From positions 4,384,011 through 4,448,010 of the forward strand of contig OY762911.1 of assembly GCA_963666565.1 (NCBI GenBank): a stretch of DNA of 64,000 bases, in the 5' to 3' direction. A program made the position numbers and the translations under genes. Each line of letters starts with the position of its first letter. Position 1 is the stretch's first letter. Below the pieces are notes generated by a model. The model was not told the DNA's origin and searched no databases. It saw only the letters and a list, made by a program, of their open reading frames with translations. This stretch comes from Thermoanaerobaculia bacterium (GTDB lineage: Bacteria; Acidobacteriota; Thermoanaerobaculia; Multivoradales; Multivoraceae). Below, piece after piece: positions 44,078 to 52,328 of this stretch.

Positions 44078-44618
44078 GCTCCTCCTCCTCCTCCTGCTGC
44101 TCGCCACGGTCGTCGTCGTGGCGAGGCTCCACGACCTGTTCGCCGCCGCCATGCTGACCGGGATCGTCAGCCTGCTCGCGGCCGGGCTGTTCGTGCTGAT
44201 GGACGCCGTGGACGTCGCCTTCACCGAGGCCGCGGTGGGCGCGGGAATCAGCACCGTGCTGTTCCTCGGAGCGCTCAGCCTGACCTCGCGCCGCGAGAAG
44301 CACGGGAAGGGGACGGCGGTTCTGCCGTTCCTGATCGTCGTCGCCACCGGCGCCGCGCTGATCTACGGCACCTGGGACATGCCGGCCTACGGCGATCCGG
44401 ACGCCGTCATCCACCACCACCTGGCGCCGGACCTGATCGCCGAGACGGAGGAGAAGATCCACATCCCGAACATCGTCACCGCGATCCTGGCCAGCTTTCG
44501 CGGCTACGACACGCTGGGCGAAGTCGTCGTCATCTTCACCGCCGGCGTCGGCGTCGCGCTGCTCCTGGGCGGGCTCGGCCTGAAGCGCCGGAATGCGAGC
44601 GGCGGGGAGGAGCCGTGA
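44064..44618 (+). CDS. DUF4040 / MnhB-related membrane subunit (MrpA C-terminal-like)
   Basis: VSLLAAGLFVLMDAVDVAFTEAAVGAGISTVLF (DUF4040-like), then NIVTAILASFRGYDTLGEVVVIF. Confidence 0.65.
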   Translation: MPPAELLLLLLLLATVVVVARLHDLFAAAMLTGIVSLLAAGLFVLMDAVDVAFTEAAVGAGISTVLFLGALSLTSRREKHGKGTAVLPFLIVVATGAALIYGTWDMPAYGDPDAVIHHHLAPDLIAETEEKIHIPNIVTAILASFRGYDTLGEVVVIFTAGVGVALLLGGLGLKRRNASGGEEP

Positions 44619-45133
44619 AGAGGCCGTCCAGAGTCCGCGAGATGCCGATCCTCCGGGTCGTCGCCCGGGCGCTGGCGCCGGTCATCCTCCTGTTCGGCCT
44701 CTACGTGCAGTTCCACGGCGACTTCGGCCCCGGCGGAGGCTTCCAGGCCGGCGTCATCTTCGCCGCGGGGCTCATCGTCTTCGCCCTGACCTTCGGGGTG
44801 GAGGCGCTGCGGCAGGTCGTTCCCGTCGTGATGACGGAGCGCCTGATGGCCGCGGGCGTGCTGCTCTACGGCGCGGTCGGCGTGCTCGCGATGTTCCTGG
44901 GCGGGGAGTTCCTGAACTACTCCGCGCTCGATCCGCTGACGACCGGCCACCACGGCCAGCACCTCGGCATTATCGTCATCGAACTTGGCGTCGGCATCGC
45001 CGTCGCGGCCACCATCATGCGCGTCTACTACGCGTTCGTGGGCCGCCGCCCGGACGACGGCGGCGACGAAGGCGAGGAAGGCGGCGCGAGGACCCTGGAC
45101 GCCGGCGCCGACGCGGGCGGAGGCGCCGCGTGA
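44615..45133 (+). CDS. mrpB: Mrp/Mnh-type antiporter subunit B
   Basis: LLFGLYVQFHGDFGPGGGFQAGVIFAAG pattern. Confidence 0.75.
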   Translation: MKRPSRVREMPILRVVARALAPVILLFGLYVQFHGDFGPGGGFQAGVIFAAGLIVFALTFGVEALRQVVPVVMTERLMAAGVLLYGAVGVLAMFLGGEFLNYSALDPLTTGHHGQHLGIIVIELGVGIAVAATIMRVYYAFVGRRPDDGGDEGEEGGARTLDAGADAGGGAA

Positions 45134-45522
45134 GCCTGACGGAGGCAATCTCCGGGCTGTGGGCCTACTGGCTGCTCATCGCGCTGATGATGGTCGGGCT
45201 CTACATCGTCATCGCCCGCAACAACCTGATCAAGAAGGTGATGGGGCTCAACATCTTCCAGGGGGCGGCGATCCTCTTCTACGTGACGATGGCGAAAGTC
45301 GACGGCGGCACGGCGCCGATCGTTCCGCACGACCCCGCCCACCCCGGCGGCCATGCCGGTCACGAGGTCCTCTACTCGAACCCGCTTCCCCACGTGCTGA
45401 TGCTGACCGCGATCGTGGTCGGCGTCGCCACCACCGCCCTGGCGCTGGCGCTGGCCGTGCGCATCCACGGCGACTACGGCACCGCCGAAGAGGACGAGGC
45501 GGTGAGCATGGATCACGGATGA
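45130..45522 (+). CDS. mrpC: Mrp/Mnh-type antiporter subunit C (NuoK-like)
   Basis: GTG 45130 overlaps the mrpB stop. The sequence contains NLIKKVMGLNIFQGAAILFYV..PLPHVLMLTAIVVGVATTALALAL. Confidence 0.75.
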   Translation: MSLTEAISGLWAYWLLIALMMVGLYIVIARNNLIKKVMGLNIFQGAAILFYVTMAKVDGGTAPIVPHDPAHPGGHAGHEVLYSNPLPHVLMLTAIVVGVATTALALALAVRIHGDYGTAEEDEAVSMDHG

Positions 45523-45550
45523 GGCGCCTTCCGGGATCGAGAGAATCGTC

Positions 45551-47035
45551 GTGATCGAGAAGATCGTCGTCCTCGAGGTCGTCCTGCCGCTGCTTGCGGC
45601 GCCGGTCTGCGTGCTGGTCCGCCATCCGCGCCTCTGCCGCCTGCTGAGTCTCGGCGTCGTCGCGGTCTGCTTCGGGATCGCGGTCGCGGCGCTGCTCGAG
45701 GTGCGCGGCGGCGGCGTGATCTCGTACCAGCTCGGCGGCTGGCCGCCGCCGCTGGGGATCGAGTACCGGGTCTCGACCGTCAACGCCTACCTGCTCGCCC
45801 TCGTCACCGCGATGGCCCTGGTCGTCTTCAGCTTCGATTCGCGGGGCGGTCCGCCGCGGGTGCCGGAGCGGCGCCGCCACCTCTACTACGCGGTGTTCCT
45901 GCTCAGCATCTCCGGCCTGCTCGGGATGACGATCACGGGCGACGCCTTCAACATCTTCGTCTTCCTGGAGATCTCGTCGCTGTCGTCCTACATCCTGGTC
46001 AGTCTGGGCGGCCACCGGCGGGCCGTCCTGTCCGCCTTCCACTACCTGGTGATGGGCACGATCGGCGGCGTCTTCTTCATGCTCGGGGTCGGCCTGCTCT
46101 ACCAGGAGACGGGCACGCTGAACCTGAGGGACATCGCGGCGCGCCTCGAACCGGCGCTCGACGATCGCGGCACGGTGCTGGCGCTGGCGCTCCTGGTCGT
46201 CGGCATCTCGATCAAGCTGGCGGTGTTCCCGCTGCACCACTGGCTGCCCAACGCCTACTCGTTCGCGCCGCCCAAGGTCAGCGCCTTCCTGGCCGCGACC
46301 GCGACGAAGGTCTCCTTCTACCTGTTGGCCACGATCCTGTTCACGGTCTTCGGCGCGCCGTTCGTGTTCGGGGAACTGCGCCTGCAGGCGGTGCTGCTGC
46401 CGCTGTCGGTCCTCGCCATGTTCCTCGCCTCCGGCGCCGCGATCTTCCAGACCGACCTGCGACGGCTGCTGGCCTACTCGAGCGTCGCCCAGATCGGCTA
46501 CATGACCCTGGGGCTCTCGACCGCGAACGCGACGGGGCTCGCGGGAGGCATGGTCCACCTGTTCAACCACGCGGTGATGAAGGGAGGGCTGTTCCTGGTG
46601 GTCGCCTGCCTGCTCTACCGCGTCGGCTCCGTCCACATCGACGCGCTCGCCGGCATCGGCCGCAGGATGCCGCTGACCTCGGCGGCACTGGTCGTCGGCG
46701 GGCTGAGCCTGATCGGCGTTCCGGGCACGGTCGGCTTCGTCAGCAAGTGGTACCTGGTGGCCGGCGCGCTGGAGCGGGGCTGGACCGCGGCCGCCGTGCT
46801 CATCCTGCTGAGCTCCCTGCTGGCGCTGGTCTACGTCGGCAAGGTGGTCGAGGCCGTCTACTTCCGCAAGCCCGCCGAGACGCAGCCCATCGACCACGTG
46901 CGCGAAGCGCCGCTGGGGATGCTGGCGCCGACATGGGCGCTGGCGGCGGCCGCCGTCTTCTTCGGCCTGACCACGGACTGGACCTACGGAGTCGCGCGGG
47001 AAGCAGCCGAACTCCTGCTCGCGGGCGGGATCTGA
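45551..47035 (+). CDS. mrpD: Mrp subunit D / NuoN-M-like proton-conducting membrane subunit
   Basis: 494-aa polytopic protein. FPLHHWLPNAYSFAPPKVSAFLAATATKVSFY and HLFNHAVMKGGLFL match the NuoL/M/N family. Confidence 0.8.
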   Translation: MIEKIVVLEVVLPLLAAPVCVLVRHPRLCRLLSLGVVAVCFGIAVAALLEVRGGGVISYQLGGWPPPLGIEYRVSTVNAYLLALVTAMALVVFSFDSRGGPPRVPERRRHLYYAVFLLSISGLLGMTITGDAFNIFVFLEISSLSSYILVSLGGHRRAVLSAFHYLVMGTIGGVFFMLGVGLLYQETGTLNLRDIAARLEPALDDRGTVLALALLVVGISIKLAVFPLHHWLPNAYSFAPPKVSAFLAATATKVSFYLLATILFTVFGAPFVFGELRLQAVLLPLSVLAMFLASGAAIFQTDLRRLLAYSSVAQIGYMTLGLSTANATGLAGGMVHLFNHAVMKGGLFLVVACLLYRVGSVHIDALAGIGRRMPLTSAALVVGGLSLIGVPGTVGFVSKWYLVAGALERGWTAAAVLILLSSLLALVYVGKVVEAVYFRKPAETQPIDHVREAPLGMLAPTWALAAAAVFFGLTTDWTYGVAREAAELLLAGGI

Positions 47036-47048
47036 CGGAACGACGACG

Positions 47049-48536
47049 ATGAGCTCCGAGACGACGATCCTGGTCGCCCTGCTGCTGCCCGTGGCGGCGG
47101 CGGTCTCCTGCCAGATCTTCGGCCGCCTCGGGCATCCGAACCTGCGCGACGTCGCCACGCCGATCTTCGGCGCCTGCACGTTCGCGGCCGTCTGGCAACT
47201 CGGCGACGACGTTCTGCGCGGCGGCCGGCCGGAACTCGTCCTGCTCGAGGTGCTGCCGGGCGTCGAACTCGCGTTCCAGGTCGAGCCGCTCGGGCTGCTC
47301 TACGGCCTGGTGGCGAGCGGCCTGTGGATCGTGACCTCGATCTACGCCGTCGGCTACATGCGCGGCCACCACGAGGAGAACCAGACGCGGTTCTTCACCT
47401 TCTTCGCCCTCTCGATCTTCGCGGCGCTGGGCATCGCCTTCGCCCGCAACCTGTTCACCCTGTTCCTGTTCTACGAGGCGCTGACGCTCCTCACCTTCCC
47501 GCTGGTGACCCACCACGGCACCGCCGAGGCGCGGCGCGCGGGGCGGGTCTACCTCGGCATCCTGCTGTTCACCTCGATCTCCTTCCTGCTGTTCGCGATC
47601 GTGTTTACCTGGCGGCTGACCGGCACGATCGAGTTCACGCCCGGCGGCATCCTGGGCGCCGAAACGAGCTCCGGCCTGGTCACGGTGCTCCTGCTGCTCT
47701 ACGCCTTCGGCGCCGGCAAGGCGGCGCTCATGCCCTTCCACCGCTGGCTGCCGAACGCGATGGTGGCGCCGACCCCGGTCAGCGCGCTGCTGCACGCCGT
47801 GGCGGTGGTCAAGGCGGGCGTGTTCGCGATCCTCAAGGTCGTCGTCTACGTGTTCGGGCTCGACCTGCTCCGCGGCAGCGGCGCGTCCTTCGCGCTGATG
47901 ACGATCGCCTCGTTCACGATGCTGACGGCGGCCGTCATCGCCATCCGCCAGGACAACCTGAAGGCGCGGCTCGCCTACTCGACGATCAGCCAGCTCGCCT
48001 ACATCGTCCTCGGCGCCGCAATGGCGACCGCGGCCGGCGTGATGGCCGGCGGCATCCAGATCGCGATGCACGCGGCGGGCAAGATCACCCTCTTCTTCTG
48101 CGCCGGCGCCATTCTCGTCGCCACCCACAAGAAGAAAGTGAGCGAACTCGACGGGCTCGGCCGCACGATGCCCTGGACCTTCGCCGCCTTCTTCCTCGCC
48201 TCGCTCTCGATCGTCGGCGTCCCGCCGCTCGGCGGGTCCTGGGCCAAGTGGTACCTGATGGTCGGCGCACTCGAGACCGGGTTCGCCTGGCAGGCCGCGT
48301 TTCTCGGCGTGCTGATGCTGAGCTCGCTCCTGGCCGTCTTCTACCTGATGCCGGTCGTCGTTCGCGGCTTCTTCGCGACCTCGCCCACCGCCGGCCCAAG
48401 CGGCAGCGCCGGCGGCGACCGCAAGCCGATCGCCGAAGCGCCCTTCCTCTGCGTCGCGCCGCTGGTGGTGACCGCCCTCCTGTCGCTGGCCCTCTTCTTC
48501 GTCGCCGGCGACTTGGCCTCGCTGCTGCGCTTCTGA
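47049..48536 (+). CDS. second NuoL/M-like proton-conducting subunit (MrpD/MrpA-like)
   Basis: 495 aa. MPFHRWLPNAMVAPTPVSALLHAVAVVKAGVF and IQIAMHAAGKITLFFCAG. Confidence 0.8.
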   Translation: MSSETTILVALLLPVAAAVSCQIFGRLGHPNLRDVATPIFGACTFAAVWQLGDDVLRGGRPELVLLEVLPGVELAFQVEPLGLLYGLVASGLWIVTSIYAVGYMRGHHEENQTRFFTFFALSIFAALGIAFARNLFTLFLFYEALTLLTFPLVTHHGTAEARRAGRVYLGILLFTSISFLLFAIVFTWRLTGTIEFTPGGILGAETSSGLVTVLLLLYAFGAGKAALMPFHRWLPNAMVAPTPVSALLHAVAVVKAGVFAILKVVVYVFGLDLLRGSGASFALMTIASFTMLTAAVIAIRQDNLKARLAYSTISQLAYIVLGAAMATAAGVMAGGIQIAMHAAGKITLFFCAGAILVATHKKKVSELDGLGRTMPWTFAAFFLASLSIVGVPPLGGSWAKWYLMVGALETGFAWQAAFLGVLMLSSLLAVFYLMPVVVRGFFATSPTAGPSGSAGGDRKPIAEAPFLCVAPLVVTALLSLALFFVAGDLASLLRF

Positions 48537-48701
48537 TGGAGACCTGCTGCCACGCCGACCTCCGCCGCGACGCGTTCTCGGCGCGGCGGCCGGCGAGAAT
48601 GCGTCCCGACGGGGCGCCGCCGCTGGGGATGTTGACGCCGCGCTAGAGTCGGCAACCACTCCTCCCGAACCGCACCTTCCGGCCAGCGATCGCACCGCCT
48701 C

Positions 48702-50123
48702 ATGAAAGCCGACCCTGTCCGGTTCCTCGACCTGCTGAATCAGAAGATCCAGTACGTTGTACCGCGCTGGCAGCGCCGCTACCGATGGGGCGAGTCCGAA
48801 ATCACGCGGCTCGTTGAAGACCTCCTGGCCGTCGGCCAAGCCGAGGAGGCCGACCACTACGGCGGCTCGCTCCTGACTTTCCCCGAACCTGGGCAACCAG
48901 GCGGTGTGTTGCCGACTGCCAGGGTCGTCGACGGCCAACAGCGACTGACCACTGTGAGCATTCTGCTCGCGTGTATCGCCGAGAGCCTCGAAGAAGGTGG
49001 CGGACAACACGACGGCTGGACCGCTGAGAACATTCGCGAGGAGCTTCTCACCAATCCTCGACGCGGCCCCGAGAGACTCCGCAAACTGCGCCTGCAACAA
49101 GGAGACGAAGAGGAGTACCGCGCCGGCCTTGAGGGCGAACCTCGCGGTAGCGGTGCCGTCACTCAGGCATGGAAGACAGTACGTCGCCTAGTCGGACGAA
49201 ACGATCCCACGCAGCTCTTCCAGGGCCTCGAGCGCTTCCAGATAGTGAGCATCGGCCTTCATCCCCACGACGATCCGCAGCAGATTTTCGAGAGCATCAA
49301 TGCCACCGGACTGCCTCTCGCTGAGGGCGAGAAGGTCAAGAACTGGCTGCTCATGGGCCAGCGTGATGACGTACAGCAAGACCTTCACGACAACCACTGG
49401 CTGTCGATCGAGAGACACCTCGGCGCCAGCCACACGACCGAACCGATCGACCTGTTCCTCCGCGATGTCCTTCGCTGGCGCACCGGAGAGTTACGGGGCA
49501 AGGGCCAAACCTACGAGGGTCTCCGGCGTTGGGCGCTCCGGGAGTATGGAGCCAGCCTCAGAGACCGAGCCTCGATCTGTCGTGAGCTTGCGCGCCTTGC
49601 CCGTCTCTACGGGATCCTGACCGGCTCGGCAGGACGGCATCCCGACAGGCGTGTGGCGATGGAACTTCGTCATCTGCAGGCTCTCGGTATTCACGTTCAC
49701 CGACCCTTGAGTCTCCGGTTTCTCGACGACGCCTCGAAGACCGACTCGGCGCCAACGCCGCCGGAGCTAGCGAAGGCCCTGGCGGCCATCGGAACGTGGC
49801 TCACCCGTATGTGGCTCGCGGAACGTCCCATGGCCGGAATCAACAAGGCAGCGGCCGAACTCTCGAACCTCAAGGGACCGGGACCGAACGAAGACTACGC
49901 CGAGTACTGGAGAAGCCAGATGCAGCGGCGCCAGAACACCCGTGTCGGTGTGCCGAACGACGAAGACGTCAGACGCGGACTGCGGACCCGCAAGGCCCAC
50001 GGGGGAAGCGCAACGCGGTCCTCAACCGCGATTCTCTGCGCTCTGATGGAGGCCGAGCATGGAGAGGAGTCTCCTGCTCGAGAGCACCTGACGATTCGGA
50101 TTGACCCGGGAGATCGCCGCTGA
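48702..50123 (+). CDS. DUF262 (GmrSD N-terminal, ParB-like) domain protein, probably disrupted at its 3' end
   Basis: IQYVVPRWQRRYRWGESEITRLVEDL and VVDGQQRLTTVSILL are the DUF262 signatures. The ORF ends ..EHLTIRIDPGDRR-stop, exactly where DUF1524 proteins normally carry L-T-I-E-H plus the His-Me nuclease core. Confidence 0.7.
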   Translation: MKADPVRFLDLLNQKIQYVVPRWQRRYRWGESEITRLVEDLLAVGQAEEADHYGGSLLTFPEPGQPGGVLPTARVVDGQQRLTTVSILLACIAESLEEGGGQHDGWTAENIREELLTNPRRGPERLRKLRLQQGDEEEYRAGLEGEPRGSGAVTQAWKTVRRLVGRNDPTQLFQGLERFQIVSIGLHPHDDPQQIFESINATGLPLAEGEKVKNWLLMGQRDDVQQDLHDNHWLSIERHLGASHTTEPIDLFLRDVLRWRTGELRGKGQTYEGLRRWALREYGASLRDRASICRELARLARLYGILTGSAGRHPDRRVAMELRHLQALGIHVHRPLSLRFLDDASKTDSAPTPPELAKALAAIGTWLTRMWLAERPMAGINKAAAELSNLKGPGPNEDYAEYWRSQMQRRQNTRVGVPNDEDVRRGLRTRKAHGGSATRSSTAILCALMEAEHGEESPAREHLTIRIDPGDRR

Positions 50124-51024
50124 AGACCAATGGGGCCGGGAAGCCCTTGAACGGCGTGCCGCAGCGCTCGCCGAGCGCGCCTTGAGGCTCTGGCCATGGC
50201 AACACCGCACCGGCCCCGAAACGGTGCCACCAGACAGGTCGGGGCCGCTTGAGTGGCGCCTCGAGGGCGGCCCGTGGCGCGCAGAAGAGAGCGCAAGCCA
50301 GATGGTCCTCAACGTGGCGGGAGTCCTCCTGCATCGGGACCCGAAGAACGCGCAGAGACTCGCAGGCGATGCACTCAGCAAGGATCTGCAGTCGGCCCGG
50401 CGCTATCCGCCCGGGTCGATGGCAGGAACCCTGCCGATGCGGGGAATCCCCGATCACTCCGCTTGGGTTCTCCACCCCTACGACCGGGACCATCCCTCAA
50501 GCGCGAATCGATGCCGCAGTATGGGCAAACAGTGCGGAGTGAACATCGAGGTCAGGGGTGTCAACCAGGTCCACTGGCGACAGGTGTTCTACCGGCGGCT
50601 GCACCTGCGGACAGGTGGTTTGCCGGGGCAAAAGGACGATCGGCGCGGGAAGAACCAGTGGACGAGCCCCTTGAACTCCCACGGTGACCGGGTTGGCCTC
50701 CTGGTTGTCGATGACGCACTCTTCCTGTGCATTCGGAAACCTTGGGGTCAGAGCACATCGACTGATCTCGTTGCACGGCTGCTGCACTACTCGGGGAGGA
50801 TTCGCTCAGAAATGGGAGATCAGCAGATCGAAGGCGAGCCGCACGCCGCGAGCCTTGAGGGCCGAACGGTATGGCTGAAGAGACCGTGGGACTACGAGGA
50901 CGAGGAGGATTGGCCGGCCGCGGCGGACTGGATCAGGGAGCAGTACGAGCGCCTTCAAACACTCGTGGCAGACACTGGCACGGCGCCGTCGAGGACTTCG
51001 TCGAGCGCTTCGAGAGCGACCTGA
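50101..51024 (+). CDS. continuation of the GmrSD-like gene in frame 1: DUF1524 tail plus DUF4268-like C-terminal domain
   Basis: (L)TREIAAEDQWGREALERRAAALAERALRLWPW is the usual end of a DUF1524 domain. It is followed by ~270 aa (..VHWRQVFYRRL..VWLKRPWDYEDEEDWPAAADWIREQYERLQTLV) resembling DUF4268. Confidence 0.45.
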   Translation: MTREIAAEDQWGREALERRAAALAERALRLWPWQHRTGPETVPPDRSGPLEWRLEGGPWRAEESASQMVLNVAGVLLHRDPKNAQRLAGDALSKDLQSARRYPPGSMAGTLPMRGIPDHSAWVLHPYDRDHPSSANRCRSMGKQCGVNIEVRGVNQVHWRQVFYRRLHLRTGGLPGQKDDRRGKNQWTSPLNSHGDRVGLLVVDDALFLCIRKPWGQSTSTDLVARLLHYSGRIRSEMGDQQIEGEPHAASLEGRTVWLKRPWDYEDEEDWPAAADWIREQYERLQTLVADTGTAPSRTSSSASRAT

Positions 51025-51188
51025 ACGACCTGATCGCCTCGACCCGGTTCGACGGAGAGTAGAGCCCGTCGTCGAGTTCGGCTTGGCGAATCCGGTCACC
51101 GGCATTCTGGTCGCTTCATCCGCCTCCCAGCATTGCAATCCAGCGCCACAATCGTGTCCCTTTCCGAGTTGACCGCCAAGCCATCAGC

Positions 51189-51545
51189 TCAATCGCTTGA
51201 CACCGCTTCCGAGTCCGACGACACGACCGGCGCCAACTCGGTGAGAAGACTTGGGATGTCCTCTCGCACAGTACGCCACACCATGTTCAAGTCGATGTCG
51301 TCGTAGACGTGGACCATCCGGTTGCGCATCCCGCGGATCTCACGCCACGGGACACTCGGCCGTGCGTCGCGGAAGGTGTCCGACAAACGACCGGCCGCCT
51401 CACCTATCACCAGAAGGCGGCGGATCACCGAGTCCTGCAACTGGTCGTTCTCCAGGAAGTCCTCGTGCGAGACGCCGACGATGTAGTCGCCGATCAGTCT
51501 GGCGGACTCCACGATGTCCGCAACGGCCGCGAGATCACGACTCAT
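51189..51545 (-). CDS. hepT: HepT (DUF86) ribonuclease toxin
   Basis: Rx4HxY motif GMRNRMVHVYDDID. 118 aa. It overlaps the upstream mntA by 11 nt. Confidence 0.8.
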   Translation of the reverse strand: MSRDLAAVADIVESARLIGDYIVGVSHEDFLENDQLQDSVIRRLLVIGEAAGRLSDTFRDARPSVPWREIRGMRNRMVHVYDDIDLNMVWRTVREDIPSLLTELAPVVSSDSEAVSSD

Positions 51546-51897
51546 ACATCGTCTTCACCGTGCCGAGGATCGCCTCCCGTCGGAAGCGATTCCTGCTTCG
51601 TTCCACGGCCCACCAGCTCAGAAGGTCGACTTCACGCCCCAGAATCGACTCCAGTTCGCGCTCCATCCGCTCCAGGTCGAGCAGAGAGTGTTGAGCCGCA
51701 TCGCTGAATCGGGCCAAGACGTCCACGTCGCTGGCGGCACCGAAGTCGTCTCTGAGGACGGAGCCGAAAAGACCGAGGCGCGCGACCTGCCAGCGTTCAC
51801 AGAACGCGGCGACCTCAGCGGTCGGCCATGCGAGGTTCGGAGCGGTCCGGTCACCGCCTCTGCCCGTTCCCGTTTCCTTCACCGCAGTCCCCTCCAT
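51535..51897 (-). CDS. mntA: MntA nucleotidyltransferase antitoxin
   Basis: GGAGG plus a 7-nt spacer precedes ATG 51897. Minimal nucleotidyltransferase motif LFGSVLRDDFGAASDVDVL. Confidence 0.8.
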   Translation of the reverse strand: MEGTAVKETGTGRGGDRTAPNLAWPTAEVAAFCERWQVARLGLFGSVLRDDFGAASDVDVLARFSDAAQHSLLDLERMERELESILGREVDLLSWWAVERSRNRFRREAILGTVKTMYES

Positions 51898-52143
51898 GAA
51901 CTCGCCTCCAGGTTCGCAGTAGCCGTGGCCGCGACTCGTCCGCACCGCACGGCCTGCCTCACGCAACGACTAGCCAAGCCTAGCAACCGGTCCGAAGTTG
52001 CCGCCGCACGGCCCCAAATGCCGACCAGAACGTGGGCGCAGCGACAATCGGCCAAGCAGACCCACGCCGCAGTCTACGACCGGCGCACTCAGCCGGTGGC
52101 TGCTCCGAAGCCGTCAACCGACGCCGTCCAGTCGGCGGCGGCG

Positions 52144-52297
52144 TCCGAAGGGGAGGGTCCCAGCGGGCTGGAGCCAAGCGACTGCCCAAGACCTCCCCTC
52201 GACCACCGATGTAGCGGAGCGCAGGCGACCGAAGCGAACCCCCACCCCACCCTTCCCCAAGCGGGGGTGAGCGTCCGCTGGGACCCTCCCCTCCGGA
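52144..52297. mobile_element. MITE-like element, copy A (154 bp, 23-bp terminal inverted repeats)
   Basis: The left end tccgaaggggagggtcccagcgg (52144-52166) is the reverse complement of the right end ccgctgggaccctcccctccgga (52275-52297) at 22 of 23 positions. It shares internal sequence with copy B (..gaccgaagcga..gagcgtccg..). Confidence 0.6.
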
Positions 52298-52328
52298 TGC
52301 CGCCGCCGACGGGTACCCGCTCGAGCCG

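Noticed and set aside
42940-48536. Mrp cluster gene order E-F-G-(DUF4040/B')-B-C-D-D as something novel.
   Set aside because: Split MrpA/MbhD-E-like arrangements with two NuoL/M-like subunits are, to my knowledge, a known variant of Mrp/Mbx-type clusters. Nothing in the sequence itself is anomalous.
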